From the NCBI GenBank assembly GCA_964595565.1, contig CAZQQX010000002.1:3502-67501 (forward strand): a DNA stretch of 64,000 nt, written 5' to 3'. Origin of the DNA: an uncultured Actinomycetota bacterium. Its GTDB lineage: Bacteria > Actinomycetota > Humimicrobiia > Humimicrobiales > Humimicrobiaceae. Each line of letters begins with the position of its first letter. Within the stretch, counting starts at the first letter, position 1. The notes under the pieces were generated by a model. That model was not told where the DNA came from, did no database searches, and was given only the letters and a program-made list of their open reading frames with translations. This document shows positions 31,801-41,148 of the stretch, piece by piece. Both the position numbers and the translations under genes were made by a program.

Positions 31801-32103
31801 AGCAGCTGCCATGTTCAACCCCGTTTGCCCTCCCAGTGCAGGGAGCATTGCGTCCGGTCTTTCCTTTTTTATTATTTTTTCTACAAATTCTGGGGTCAAA
31901 GGCTCAATATAAGTTTTATCCGCAAATTCCGGGTCGGTCATAATAGTGGCAGGGTTACTGTTAACCAGCACCACTTTGTAACCTTCCTGTTTTAAAACTT
32001 TACATGCCTGGGTTCCTGAATAATCAAATTCACATGCCTGACCGATAACTATGGGACCCGAGCCTATCAGTAATATTTTCTTTAAATCTTTTCTCCTGGG
32101 CAT
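28894..32103 (-). CDS. carB: carbamoyl-phosphate synthase large subunit
   Basis: 1069 aa; duplicated ATP-grasp halves, oligomerisation and MGS-like domains. Confidence 0.95.
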   Translation of the reverse strand: MPRRKDLKKILLIGSGPIVIGQACEFDYSGTQACKVLKQEGYKVVLVNSNPATIMTDPEFADKTYIEPLTPEFVEKIIKKERPDAMLPALGGQTGLNMAAALSNEKILDRYGVELIGVDINVINKAEDREQFKEAMNRIGLYVPPSSYAHSLKEALSFSRKLKFPLVVRPSFTLGGLGGGVAFNKEEFIGIVTRGLDISPKSEVLVEKSVAGWKEIELEMMRDINDNVIIICSIENFDPMGVHTGDSICVAPAQTLTYREYQNIRDASIKIMREIGVNAGGSNIQFAVNPEDGKVAVIELNPRVSRSSALASKATGYPIAKIATRLAIGYTLDEIQNDITRKTPACFEPSIDYVVVKFPRWTFEKFPGADASLTTRMKSVGEVLAIGRTFKEALQKAIRSLEIDRYGLGSDGKDDIKEKLLGNKLTIPNQDRIFYIKYAFQNGMSIEEISRYTKIDPWFLNNIRQLVEFEDSLKKYSLKSITGEILYEAKKNGYSDEQIAYLCNSSEDEVRALRKRMNITTTFKTVDTCAGEFEAYTPYYYSTYETEDETSSSDRNKVIILGGGPNRIGQGIEFDYCCVHASFALHDAGFETIMINCNPETVSTDYDTSDRLYFEPLTFEDVLNIVEAEKPYGVIVQFGGQTPLKLAQRLQNAGVNILGTSPDSIDLAEDRKRFGSMLRKLNIPQAENGTAMDVDTAKKIAIKIGYPVLVRPSYVLGGRAMNIVYNEDSLIDYVKNAAIVSNDRPVLIDKFLERAIEVDVDVIYDGEEMFIGGIMEHIEEAGIHSGDSACVIPPFTLSKKVIETIKDYTRKMAKELKVIGLMNVQYAIKDSVVYVLEANPRASRTVPFVSKSIGVPLAKIASLVMTGKKLREIKFKKVDSTLLDYFSIKEAVLPFNRFPGVDTLLGPEMKSTGEVMGIDKSFGIAFAKTQISTNLKFPTSGSVFISVNDKDKEAIVGIAGKLSGLGFKIISTIGTGDTLEKEGIKCDKVLKIREGRPNVLDMIKNGEIDLIINTPEGSVARSDGYYLRTAAVLHNVPSVTTISGASAIVQGIQEIKNNSKLKVKPIQEY

Positions 32104-32121
32104 ATATTATCTTTCCACTAT

Positions 32122-33222
32122 TTATTTTTTTAAATTTTTAATTAAACTAACAAACTTACCAAAAATGTATCTTGAGTCATGCGGGCCGGGTTTCCCTTCC
32201 GGATGAAATTGTATGGTATATGCATTTATTTTTTTGTATTGTAATCCTTCAACAGTACCATCGTTAAGATTGATATGCGTTATACCACAATCAGTGCCCT
32301 TGATATTTTTTAATGACCCTTCACTAACGGCAAAACCGTGGTTCTGGGATGTTATTTCAACTTTTCCCGTTTCCAGATTTTTAACCGGATGATTACCACC
32401 ATGATGACCAAATTTTAACTTATAAGTCTTTGCCCCCAGAGCAATTGCAAGGAGCTGATGCCCCATACAAATCCCGAATATCGGCTTCCTGCCAATTAAT
32501 TTTTTAATTGTATCAATTGCATAATTTAAAGCTGAAGGGTCACCCGGACCATTGGACAGCAGTATACCATCGGGGTTATATTTTAATATCTCCCCTGCTT
32601 CAGTAGAAGCCGGCACAACAATTAACCTGAACCCTTCCCAGTCCAGGCACTTTAAGATACCCATTTTTACTCCGAAATCCATCGCAACAACTACATATTT
32701 ATAATCACTAATGCCGGGGTTGTAAATATATGGCTTACTGCAGGTAACATTTTTTACCAGGTCACTTTTAATAATAGATGGATAATCATCAAGCTTTCTT
32801 TTTAATTCACACCTGTCATCAGTTTCAGTAGAAATAATACCTTTCATTGAACCCTCAAGCCTGATATGTCTGGTCAATTGCCTGGTATCTATTCCTTCAA
32901 TCCCCACAATATTATTCTTTTTTAAATAATCCTGAAGATTGCCTTCCGCTCTCCAGTTAGAGTAGAAATCAAAACACTCCTTTACAATCAAACCCCTGGC
33001 CTGTATTTTATCTGATTCAACATCCATACTATTTACGCCATAATTTCCAATCTCGGGATAGGTCATTACCACAATCTGTCCATAATAAGAGGGGTCTGTT
33101 AACACTTCCTGGTAACCAATCATTGAAGTATTAAACACTACTTCACCAATTGTTTCTCCGCTGCATCCTATATTTTTACCCTTAAATATCATCCCGTCTT
33201 CTAAAATCAAATTTACTTCCAA
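32122..33222 (-). CDS. carA: carbamoyl-phosphate synthase small subunit (glutamine amidotransferase)
   Basis: 366 aa; GICMGHQLL catalytic Cys, HH dyad near the C-terminus. Confidence 0.95.
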   Translation of the reverse strand: MEVNLILEDGMIFKGKNIGCSGETIGEVVFNTSMIGYQEVLTDPSYYGQIVVMTYPEIGNYGVNSMDVESDKIQARGLIVKECFDFYSNWRAEGNLQDYLKKNNIVGIEGIDTRQLTRHIRLEGSMKGIISTETDDRCELKRKLDDYPSIIKSDLVKNVTCSKPYIYNPGISDYKYVVVAMDFGVKMGILKCLDWEGFRLIVVPASTEAGEILKYNPDGILLSNGPGDPSALNYAIDTIKKLIGRKPIFGICMGHQLLAIALGAKTYKLKFGHHGGNHPVKNLETGKVEITSQNHGFAVSEGSLKNIKGTDCGITHINLNDGTVEGLQYKKINAYTIQFHPEGKPGPHDSRYIFGKFVSLIKNLKK

Positions 33223-33226
33223 AATT

Positions 33227-34540
33227 TTATCCTTCTTTCCTGATGTTACTCACGTTATAAACTAACTTACCCCCGCTAATCGTGCAGATTATCTTCCCCA
33301 TTAATTTATGCCCGATAAAAATACTATTTTTACTTTTGGAAACAATATTTTCTTTTTTTACCTTTTCTTCTTTTTCTGTATCTATAACTGTTATATTGGC
33401 GATCTCCCCAACTTTTATTTTCCCTGCATTAACGCCAATTATCCTGGACGGCGAGGTGGTAATTAAATTTATAAATTTAGACAGGCTTATTTTTTCCTCT
33501 ACACATAATTTAGTAAAAGCGGCACTAAAAAGTGTCTCCAGGCCTATGGTCCCGAAGCTGGCAAGCCTGAATGTTGTATTTTTTTCTATATCCAGATGAG
33601 GCGCATGGTCACTTACTATAGCGTCAATAACTCCTTTTTTTATGCCCTCAATCAGTGCCTGCCTGTCTTCCTCGCTTCTTATAGGCGGCTTAACTTTAAA
33701 GTTGGTATTAAAAGTCGTAAGGTAACTATCATTAAAAAAAAGATGATGGGGTGTTACATCACAGGTTATATTTACCCCTTCGTCTTTTGCTCTCTCTATC
33801 ATTTCCACACTACCCCTGGTGCTCAAATGAGTCACATGAATCCTGGCGCCGCTTTTTTTGGCCAGGGCGATATCCCTGGATATCATTAAATCGTCACTCA
33901 AACTGGATATACCCTGCAGGCCCAGCATAGTTGAGTAGTAGCCTTCATGGACAAGACCCTCGCCGGAGATAAAATCATCCTCTTCATGTAAAATTAATGG
34001 CAGACCAAACTGCCTGGAATAGCGCATGATTTCATACATTATCTTACTATCTCTCACGCACATACCATCGTCAGAAAAACCAGCTGCACCTGCCTCCGAC
34101 ATAAGCCCCATTTCAGTAATATCTTTCCCTTCAAGCCCCCTGGTCATAGCAGCTACCGGCAGCACCCTGCACGCCGCACCTCTGGATTTCTCCAGAACGT
34201 ATTTTACCAGAGACTGGTTATCTATAACCGGCCTGGTATTGGCCATACAGGCAACTGTAGTTACTCCTCCCTTAACTGCTGCCTCTGCCCCCGACTCAAT
34301 CGTTTCTTCATTTTCAAATCCCGGTTCTCTGAAATGCACATGCATATCCACAAATCCCGGTGATATGACACAGCCCTCTGCATCAATTTCTATTACATCA
34401 TTTTCCGTGCTTTTGATTTCTTTTTTTATCCCGGTTATAATACCATCTCTTACCAGAATATCGGAGTAAAAGTCCTTTCCCTGCAACAGGTCAATTATCC
34501 TGCCTGATTTTATAAGAATATTTTTATTATTATTCATCAT
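33227..34540 (-). CDS. pyrC: dihydroorotase
   Basis: 437 aa; DMHVHFREPG metal-binding motif, amidohydrolase fold. Confidence 0.9.
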   Translation of the reverse strand: MMNNNKNILIKSGRIIDLLQGKDFYSDILVRDGIITGIKKEIKSTENDVIEIDAEGCVISPGFVDMHVHFREPGFENEETIESGAEAAVKGGVTTVACMANTRPVIDNQSLVKYVLEKSRGAACRVLPVAAMTRGLEGKDITEMGLMSEAGAAGFSDDGMCVRDSKIMYEIMRYSRQFGLPLILHEEDDFISGEGLVHEGYYSTMLGLQGISSLSDDLMISRDIALAKKSGARIHVTHLSTRGSVEMIERAKDEGVNITCDVTPHHLFFNDSYLTTFNTNFKVKPPIRSEEDRQALIEGIKKGVIDAIVSDHAPHLDIEKNTTFRLASFGTIGLETLFSAAFTKLCVEEKISLSKFINLITTSPSRIIGVNAGKIKVGEIANITVIDTEKEEKVKKENIVSKSKNSIFIGHKLMGKIICTISGGKLVYNVSNIRKEG

Positions 34541-34564
34541 ACCAATTAAAATATAATAAAATTT

Positions 34565-35485
34565 TTAACTTAATATCAAATAAAGTATCGCCATTCTTAC
34601 GGCTACCCCATAAGTAACCTGGTAGTTAATCACTATTTTTTCTCCCTGACTGCCCCCTGTTTCCATAACTTCATCACTGATTTCTATCCCCCTGTTAACC
34701 GGTCCGGGATGCATAACTATGGAGCCGGGTTTCATTCTTTTCAACCTATCCATATTCAGGCTTAAAAACCGGTTATATTCCATTATTGACGGATAAAATT
34801 TTCTATCCTGCCTCTCAAATTGCATCCTTAGCATATAGATGATATCAGATTCCCCTATAACATCATCTATACAGTGCTTCACGCTCATTTTTGAAAAATC
34901 CTCCGGAAGAAGCATTGTCGGTGAAACTATGGTTACTTTCATACCCATCTTTTCAAATAAATCTAAATTAGATTTTGCCACCCTGCTATTTATAAAATCA
35001 CCAACAATGGCTGCCCTGAGATTCTCAAAATTCCCAAATCTCTTTTTTATGGTATACAAATCAAGCAGAGCCTGGGTGGGATGCTGATATTTTCCATCGC
35101 CTGCATTTATTACAGGAACTTTTACAATCCGGTCCACCATTTTAATTGTCCCGCTGTCGCTGTGCCTTATAATAACCAGGTCAACATTCATGGAAAGAAT
35201 CGTTTTCAAGGTGTCAATAATAGATTCTCCTTTTACAATACTGCTGTTAGAGGAAGAAAAATTTATTATATCTGCACTGAGTCTCTTGGCGGCTATCTCA
35301 AACGAACTTTTAGTTCTTGTACTGGGCTCAAAAAACAGGTTGACTATTGTTTTACCTCTCAGGGCCGGAACCTTTTTTACATCCCTTCCTGATATTTCAA
35401 GAAAGGAATCTGCATTTGAAAGTATTAACTTAATATCTTCAGGACTGAGACTTTTTGAATCTATTATACTTTTTTTCCTTAACAT
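34565..35485 (-). CDS. pyrB: aspartate carbamoyltransferase catalytic subunit
   Basis: 306 aa; STRTKSSFE, HPTQALLD motifs. Confidence 0.95.
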   Translation of the reverse strand: MLRKKSIIDSKSLSPEDIKLILSNADSFLEISGRDVKKVPALRGKTIVNLFFEPSTRTKSSFEIAAKRLSADIINFSSSNSSIVKGESIIDTLKTILSMNVDLVIIRHSDSGTIKMVDRIVKVPVINAGDGKYQHPTQALLDLYTIKKRFGNFENLRAAIVGDFINSRVAKSNLDLFEKMGMKVTIVSPTMLLPEDFSKMSVKHCIDDVIGESDIIYMLRMQFERQDRKFYPSIMEYNRFLSLNMDRLKRMKPGSIVMHPGPVNRGIEISDEVMETGGSQGEKIVINYQVTYGVAVRMAILYLILS

Positions 35486-35487
35486 TA

Positions 35488-36024
35488 TTACTCCTTACCC
35501 GAAACCGTAACGCTATCCACTCCATCAGTTTCCTTTAATTTAACTTCCACAGACTCATTTCTTGAGGTAGGAAGGTTTTTCCCCACATAATCAGCCCTTA
35601 TGGGAAGTTCCCTGTGCCCCCTGTCTATTAAAACTACGAGCTGTATTGACTTCGGCCTTCCAAAATCAATCAGAGCATCCATAGCCGCCCTTACTGTCCT
35701 TCCGGTATACAGGACATCATCAACAAGAATTACATTCTTACCCTCTATATCAAAAGTAATATCGGTTATCTGCGCCGCAGGTTTAATATTATGCCCGATA
35801 TCATCTCTGTAAAAGGTTATATCAAGCTTACCGCTCTGAATTTTTATTCCCTCAAATTTTTCAATATTTTCGGCTATTCTATTTGCAAGCGGCACCCCTC
35901 TCTTCTGAAGACCAATAAAAACCAGATTCTCCGGCCCTTTATTCCTTTCAAGTATCTCATGCGAAATTCTTCTGATTACCCTGTCTATATCACTTTCACC
36001 TAATATATATGCCTTTTCTTTCAT
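35488..36024 (-). CDS. pyrR: bifunctional pyr operon regulator / uracil phosphoribosyltransferase PyrR
   Basis: 178 aa; PRTase fold ([13 protein letters not shown]); first gene of the pyr operon. Confidence 0.9.
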   Translation of the reverse strand: MKEKAYILGESDIDRVIRRISHEILERNKGPENLVFIGLQKRGVPLANRIAENIEKFEGIKIQSGKLDITFYRDDIGHNIKPAAQITDITFDIEGKNVILVDDVLYTGRTVRAAMDALIDFGRPKSIQLVVLIDRGHRELPIRADYVGKNLPTSRNESVEVKLKETDGVDSVTVSGKE

Positions 36025-36039
36025 AAAATTTCACCCAAT

Positions 36040-36075
36040 AAAAAAAGCCTCCTTACCATAAAAGTAAGAAGGCCT
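36040..36075 (-). terminator. intrinsic attenuator terminator in the pyr leader; stem sequesters the pyrR AAGGAGG SD
   Basis: Minus-strand RNA GCCUUCUUAC-UUUUAUG-GUAAGGAGGC followed by UUUUUUUAUU, ending 16 nt before the pyrR ATG. Confidence 0.6.
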
Positions 36076-36099
36076 GAATATCTTCCCTGTTAATATATG

Positions 36100-36160
36100 T
36101 TTCTATGTATATTGTTTTCATTCCTTTTTAGCCTCTCCGGACTACTTTAAAGGTCACAAA
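36100..36160 (-). promoter_or_regulatory. PyrR-binding (anti-antiterminator) hairpin of the pyr leader
   Basis: Minus-strand RNA ...CCUUUAAAGUAGUCCGGAGAGGCUAAAAAGG... contains the PyrR box AGUCCGGAGAGGCU (consensus ARUCCNGNGAGGYU) inside a CCUUU/AAAGG plus UAGUC/GGCUA stem. A TATAAT on the minus strand (36199-36204) is a candidate -10 for the operon promoter. Confidence 0.6.
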
Positions 36161-36232
36161 ATCTTAATTATTGGCTATACTCATCAGCTACTATAGTGGA
36201 TTATACCTAAAAAAACAAGCGTTAATTAAAAT

Positions 36233-36583
36233 TTAACCAATATTTTTTCTCAGCTGCCTCAACTTGTAGTTTAAATCGCCCTTGCCTCTTTCTCCCTTAT
36301 AGCCATGGCCACCTTCACGGGAGTTAAAGTTACCTTTATTCTGAGTTCTCGCTTCATTAACTACAATAGTTCTTCCCTTAAATTCACTCTTATTAAACTT
36401 TTCTACGGCTGCTTTTGCCTGTTCCTCAGTTTCCATCTCCACAAATCCAAATCCTCTTGATTTCCCATCCATTCTGGTAATTACCTTTGAATAAGTAACA
36501 GTTCCTTCCTGAGAAAATAAATCCTCAAGTTCTTTATCTGTTGTGCCATAATCCAGATTACCTACATACATTCTTTTATTCAC
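36233..36583 (-). CDS. RRM-type glycine-rich RNA-binding protein
   Basis: RNP-2 YVGNL and RNP-1 RGFGFVEM motifs; Gly/Arg-rich tail; likely start at the MYVGNL Met (36571). Confidence 0.8.
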   Translation of the reverse strand: MNKRMYVGNLDYGTTDKELEDLFSQEGTVTYSKVITRMDGKSRGFGFVEMETEEQAKAAVEKFNKSEFKGRTIVVNEARTQNKGNFNSREGGHGYKGERGKGDLNYKLRQLRKNIG

Positions 36584-36956
36584 TTAAAAATACCTTTCTT
36601 TAAATTGCTTTTTTTATATATAAAAGAGAAGTAGAAATTATATTAATTTAATTGTGGAACAAAAGAAACAAGAAGAATAAAAGAAGACTTTCTTCTATTT
36701 TATTTAATCGCCCAATAAAAATTCCTACTACTCCATTTTAAAAATAAAAACTATTAAAGTACTGGTTCATTATTATATATTATATTTTTAATTTGTCCAA
36801 AGATTATTTTTCCCATAAAAAATACACTTTTCAACCATACTTTTCAAAAAGCTTGATTCTTTTATTATCCTGGCTTTTTTATTACTACAAATCTGCGGAG
36901 CCATTCATTACCATAATTTTAACTTGATTTAAGCTTGATTTATTTATATCACCTTA

Positions 36957-38251
36957 TTATGGTTCAACAACTTTGCCCATGAACAGGATAGCTCCACTCC
37001 TGTCATCGGCAATTACAAAGAAAAATGGCCTGTTTACTACAAACTCTATTACTTCCTCAACCGGCATTGCTGATTCAAGCATCTCTACTACGGTAGCAGC
37101 TGCAGCCTCACTCCCTTTTTCATTAACCTCAATGACAGCTTTGTGAAGCACCTCAGATATCCAGGGACTATCACAAGATTCACAGTAAAAAATACCGCTG
37201 AAATCAGCCCTGCCCGGATCAAAGGCAATACCCATACCCATTTTAATCAACACATCATTTAAAAGCTTGATGCTATATTCCATCTTATACCGGGGCATAA
37301 CCAGAGAAATCTGACTTGCGTGGAACGACTTCTTTATTTCATTCCATTTCTCCGAATCCAGTGATTCAATTACCGCATCAACACTTATACCCTCATCGGG
37401 AAGGATTATATACATGGCCATCTTTTCCTGACCATAGGGAAGCCTTACACCTGAAAAGTTATCACCCCTGCAGTAGCCAGAATTTTCCTCCTGTGACATC
37501 ATGGGAACTTTTTTGGTAGTTCCATCACTGAGATAGAAATCGTCGTCAGCAGTCAGGTTCTCATCAAAGGGGTAAGTCCAGTTTCCTTTAAAATATATAG
37601 CATTTATAAGATACATAACCGTATCTGTCGGTATTTCTGAAATCATCTTATCAATCTTTCCCCGGGTTTTTCCCTCTATCCATCTGTTTATAGTGACTAC
37701 TGCATCATGTGAAGAAAAATCAATTTCTTTAACTTCGGAATTAAAATATTTACTGTTTCTTTCAATAAAATCCTCTTTGACTTTATCGCCCGGTCTGTAC
37801 CAGATGGAATTAGCAATAGAAAGTACTATATTACTATCTGCATTTTTAATGCTGATCAGAAGATTGTGGAACCCGGAATTAAGCTCCTCAGGGTCAAATC
37901 CCTTAAACTCAAGAGTTTCTGCCATGGCCAGGCTGGTATCACCTGCCGCTCCGTTATAGGTCATTGCCAGGGCAAGAAGTATTGACAGAGGAGATATAAA
38001 AACACTCCTGCCACTGTCTTCTGAAATAAGCTCTTTAAAAAATTTAAATCCGAATGCGGTATTTGAATCAACCAGACTCCTATCAACAGAAGATGCTACT
38101 TCATCCGACTGCCCGGCACTAATTTTTCATCCGGATATTCATCTACAGTTCCCCTATCTTCCACGGAACACCCTGCAGATAGGGCTGTTCCCGTAAATAG
38201 TATGGCAAAAGATAAAACACCAAGAAACCGTAGCAATCTATCTTTTTTCAT
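36957..38251 (-). pseudogene. lipoprotein serpin (serine protease inhibitor) with reading frame interrupted in an A5/T5 run; either a frameshifted gene or a homopolymer sequencing error
   Basis: Track ORF 36957..37964 (335 aa) ends ...RPFFFVIADDRSGAILFMGKVVEP with the RCL hinge GSEAAAATVV, both serpin hallmarks. The same frame stays open upstream to 38126, reading KISAGQSDEVASSVDRSLVDSNTAFGFKFFKELISEDSGRSVFISPLSILLALAM (serpin helix A). An ATG at 38251 in the -1 frame encodes MKKDRLLRFLGVLSFAILFTGTALSAGCS (lipobox LSAGC) and hits TAG at 38096-38098. Adding one A to the gaaaaatt run (forward 38121-38128) joins the two frames into a ~431-aa serpin. Confidence 0.6.
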
Positions 38252-38362
38252 ATTGATTCCCCGGTTAATATTATAAATCCATAATATAATACGCAGTACA
38301 ATATAAAATTATTAAGGGTGCAAAATATCAATTCTGGAAAGCAACTGCTCGGTTATAAAAAG

Positions 38363-39067
38363 TTAACGGGTGACTCCAGACAATTCTATTTTTAATTTTG
38401 ACTCCCCCGTTTTTATGAATAATGAGTGTTCTCTGACTTCCCCGGGCTCAAATTCATCCAGTGAAACCACCTCCGTACTTGACTCACTATTATCTGAAAG
38501 CAACATGACCATTTCCATTGTTCCACTGAAGTTTAATGAAGTACCCACATTATTTAATTTAATTCTTAAACTTATATCATCTATAACTTTATATGAAAAA
38601 TTAATAATTCCTCCAATATTATCCTGTGCCTCTTTCTGCTCGATAAAAGAATAGGTCTTTTCAAAAAAAATATCTTTTTCTTCCAGTGCTTCGGAACTGG
38701 CAGCTGCTTCGGAGCTTTCTTCTCTGGCTTCCCCGACTATTACCTCATCTGCTGCTTCTTCTACTGCCGACTCCCTGATAATTATATCCCCGGCTGTGAA
38801 AGTATCCTCTTTTGAAACAGTATATTTCATGTACCAGACGCCAAAAACAGATGCCGCAATCAAAATAATTGCCACAGAAGCTGCCATGGAAAAATTTTTA
38901 ATTAATTTTATGTTAGATACAAGAGGTTTGTACTCATACTCCTCACTAACGGTAATCTCATCCCCCAGCTCAAATACTCCTGAAGGGATTTTCTGTTTTA
39001 AGAACTGTCCGTCCCTGGTTAAAACTACACAGTAATCCCTGCCTATCTCCATTATTATTGCTTTCAT
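38363..39067 (-). CDS. rsgI: anti-sigma-I factor RsgI-like (RsgI_N domain, TM helix, acidic linker, uncharacterised ~100-aa extracytoplasmic domain)
   Basis: N-terminus MKAIIMEIGRDYCVVLTRDGQFLKQKIP matches the RsgI N-terminal domain; single TM (AASVAIILIAASVFGVWYM); start overlaps the sigI stop (ATGA). Confidence 0.7.
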   Translation of the reverse strand: MKAIIMEIGRDYCVVLTRDGQFLKQKIPSGVFELGDEITVSEEYEYKPLVSNIKLIKNFSMAASVAIILIAASVFGVWYMKYTVSKEDTFTAGDIIIRESAVEEAADEVIVGEAREESSEAAASSEALEEKDIFFEKTYSFIEQKEAQDNIGGIINFSYKVIDDISLRIKLNNVGTSLNFSGTMEMVMLLSDNSESSTEVVSLDEFEPGEVREHSLFIKTGESKLKIELSGVTR

Positions 39068-39762
39068 TTCTCGCCACTCCTTGAGATTCCTACATAGCCC
39101 AGGTTATTTATAATTGCCAGAACCATTGCTATTATATATATTCGTCCCCGCTCCAGTTTTTTGCGGTGTACCCATAAAATATCTTCAAGTTTTTTTAATG
39201 GAAGCTTCTTTTTCTCCATCAGGGTTTTTAAAATGTCTTTGTTTTCAACCACTGTCATCGCTACTTTTTTGTATTCTTCTCTCAAGTTTTCATTTTTGGG
39301 AGATATTTCCGCAAGTTCTTCCAGGGTTATTCCCCACTTCTCCAGTTCTGCTCTATATTCAATTATTTCCAGCAACCTTTTTTGTTTTTCATCATCTATC
39401 CGGTACTGTTCTAAAGAAACTTCCCCTTTATCATCAAAATTTACAGAAGAAAAATCTCTTTTAATACCAGAAGCTCCCTTTTTATTCTGTTTACGGTAAT
39501 AATCAATAAGCCTCATATTTATTACCAGCCTGGCAAAACTCAGAAACTTCCCCTTTTTTATATTAAACGAATCCATTGCTTCTTTAAAAGCAGAGAGCCC
39601 AACCGAAAGTTCTTCATCTACTCCATATTCAAGAAACCTTCCTGACCTTTTTTGGGCCACACTGGCAATAAATGGCTTAAATTCAGAAATTAACCTGCTT
39701 GTCTCATTTTTATCTTTTCTTACCTCAATTACTCTACTCTCAAGAGATTGTCTGTGAAACAC
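39064..39762 (-). CDS. sigI: RNA polymerase sigma factor SigI-like (sigma-70 family, region 2 + SigI-type C-terminal domain)
   Basis: 232 aa, GTG start after AAGGGAGAAG; FKPFIASVAQKRSGR...DEELSVGLSAFKEAMDSFNIKKGKFLSFARLVINMRLIDYYRK is region 2-like; paired with an RsgI_N anti-sigma gene. Confidence 0.75.
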   Translation of the reverse strand: MFHRQSLESRVIEVRKDKNETSRLISEFKPFIASVAQKRSGRFLEYGVDEELSVGLSAFKEAMDSFNIKKGKFLSFARLVINMRLIDYYRKQNKKGASGIKRDFSSVNFDDKGEVSLEQYRIDDEKQKRLLEIIEYRAELEKWGITLEELAEISPKNENLREEYKKVAMTVVENKDILKTLMEKKKLPLKKLEDILWVHRKKLERGRIYIIAMVLAIINNLGYVGISRSGEK

Positions 39763-39807
39763 CTGATTACTTCTCCCTTTATTAATTAAAGTAACAATTT
39801 GTTTGAT

Positions 39808-39836
39808 ATTATAGAATAACTTAAACTTTTTATAAA
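39808..39836 (-). promoter_or_regulatory. candidate sigma-A promoter for sigI (TTTATA - 17 nt - TATAAT on the minus strand)
   Basis: Minus-strand TTTATA (39836-39831), 17-nt spacer, TATAAT (39813-39808); ~45 nt upstream of the sigI GTG. Confidence 0.3.
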
Positions 39837-39891
39837 TCTAATCAATTGATATGTTATAATTAATAAGTAACAAAAAAAAGGAGGAACTACC

Positions 39892-40395
39892 ATGGATGTA
39901 AAACTTCTTATAACTTACGACCCGGCTCATCTTGAGAGCAGCAGAGAAAAAGTTTTAAATTTATTTAAAGAAATAAATTCAAAACCAACATTCCTGAAAT
40001 CAAAATACAGCGGAATTTTTCTTCTTTATGTTTCTAAACCAAAGGATGTCGTAAAGAAATTAAGAGAAATTTCAAAAAAGAATAAAGATTTATTTGGTAG
40101 AACATGCCGTTATATTCCTGTAGATAAGTGGGTCAGGTCCAGTGTAACCGAAATGCAAAAAGCAATAAAATCACTTGTCCCAAAAATAAAAAAAGAAGAG
40201 AAATGGATGATGGACCTGGAGAAAAGGCATTATGACAAGATGAGCTTTCAGGAACTTATTGTGAAGCTTACCGATGTGGTCAATCGTGAAAAAATAGATT
40301 TGAAAAAACCACAAAAAATTATAAAAGTTGAAATTATAGGAAAAGATGCGGGAATATCGCTCCTTGAGCCTGCTGAAATACTTACAGTATCCTGA
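39892..40395 (+). CDS. hypothetical protein, possibly a stand-alone THUMP-like RNA-binding protein
   Basis: 167 aa; AAGGAGG 7 nt upstream of the ATG; the C-terminal KIIKVEIIGKDAGISLLEP pattern resembles THUMP domain ends; the assignment rests on pattern memory only. Confidence 0.35.
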   Translation: MDVKLLITYDPAHLESSREKVLNLFKEINSKPTFLKSKYSGIFLLYVSKPKDVVKKLREISKKNKDLFGRTCRYIPVDKWVRSSVTEMQKAIKSLVPKIKKEEKWMMDLEKRHYDKMSFQELIVKLTDVVNREKIDLKKPQKIIKVEIIGKDAGISLLEPAEILTVS

Positions 40396-40398
40396 TAT

Positions 40399-41148
40399 TT
40401 ACCTTTTTTTTCTTTTTCTAAAATATTTAAAAAACCTGTCCTGGTACTGTTCAAACAATCCCCATCTGTCCAGCTCCTGCTTCAGTTCAATCGGCTCAAT
40501 TTCTCCTTTTTCGAATAATTTAAAAAGAATTTCTATCTCATTTCTGGCTATAATCGGATATCCCATTCTGTCACGGGTAATAACAGGAAATCCTTCGTTG
40601 CCAACCCTTACTGTACTATTCCGCAACAGGTCCGGTAACTGAGAGTAATAAGCACTTTTATTAACGATTTCCTGAATAAATTTAGAAAGCGAAACATCCC
40701 AGAATTCATCCACTCCCTTAATAACTGCACTGTAAGAATCTTTTTTCCTTTCAATGTCACCGGTTATATTTCTGGCCACTGAAGCAATTGAATTAGAAAC
40801 TATCTCCATTTTTTCAAAGTCACGGCTCATTCTCAAACCATACAGAATCATAGCCAGGTCGGCATCCTCTTCAGCAAGTATCTCAAAGGCCTTCCTGGCT
40901 TCTCCGCTAAATCCTTCCACTCTCAGCATATATGAAGGCGTTATAACCTTTGGCCTCTGCCATACTATTCTTCCTTCCCTGATCACTGTTTCAGCAACGG
41001 AACTCCTTCCCTCAAACTCAAGATACATAGGAGTTGTTAGCATATAATAATGTATAGTCGTAGAATCAAATGAGGCAAGCATTTTATCGGGGTGCCTTAT
41101 AATTTCCGTATCCTGTATAACTTTTTTGATTTTTTCTTCCAGTTCCAT
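40399..41148 (-). CDS. hypothetical protein (249 aa, basic C-terminal tail KYFRKRKKR); no recognisable family
   Basis: Long uninterrupted ORF with coding-like composition, convergent with the THUMP-like gene (4-nt gap). Confidence 0.5.
   Translation of the reverse strand: MELEEKIKKVIQDTEIIRHPDKMLASFDSTTIHYYMLTTPMYLEFEGRSSVAETVIREGRIVWQRPKVITPSYMLRVEGFSGEARKAFEILAEEDADLAMILYGLRMSRDFEKMEIVSNSIASVARNITGDIERKKDSYSAVIKGVDEFWDVSLSKFIQEIVNKSAYYSQLPDLLRNSTVRVGNEGFPVITRDRMGYPIIARNEIEILFKLFEKGEIEPIELKQELDRWGLFEQYQDRFFKYFRKRKKR

Noticed and set aside
36160-36215. CUGAUGAG motif (hammerhead ribozyme core-like) on the minus strand just upstream of the PyrR box
   Set aside because: No GAAA or stem II/III arrangement follows, so it cannot fold as a hammerhead. 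The motif lies in the ordinary pyr leader next to a TATAAT -10 box. It is a coincidental heptamer.
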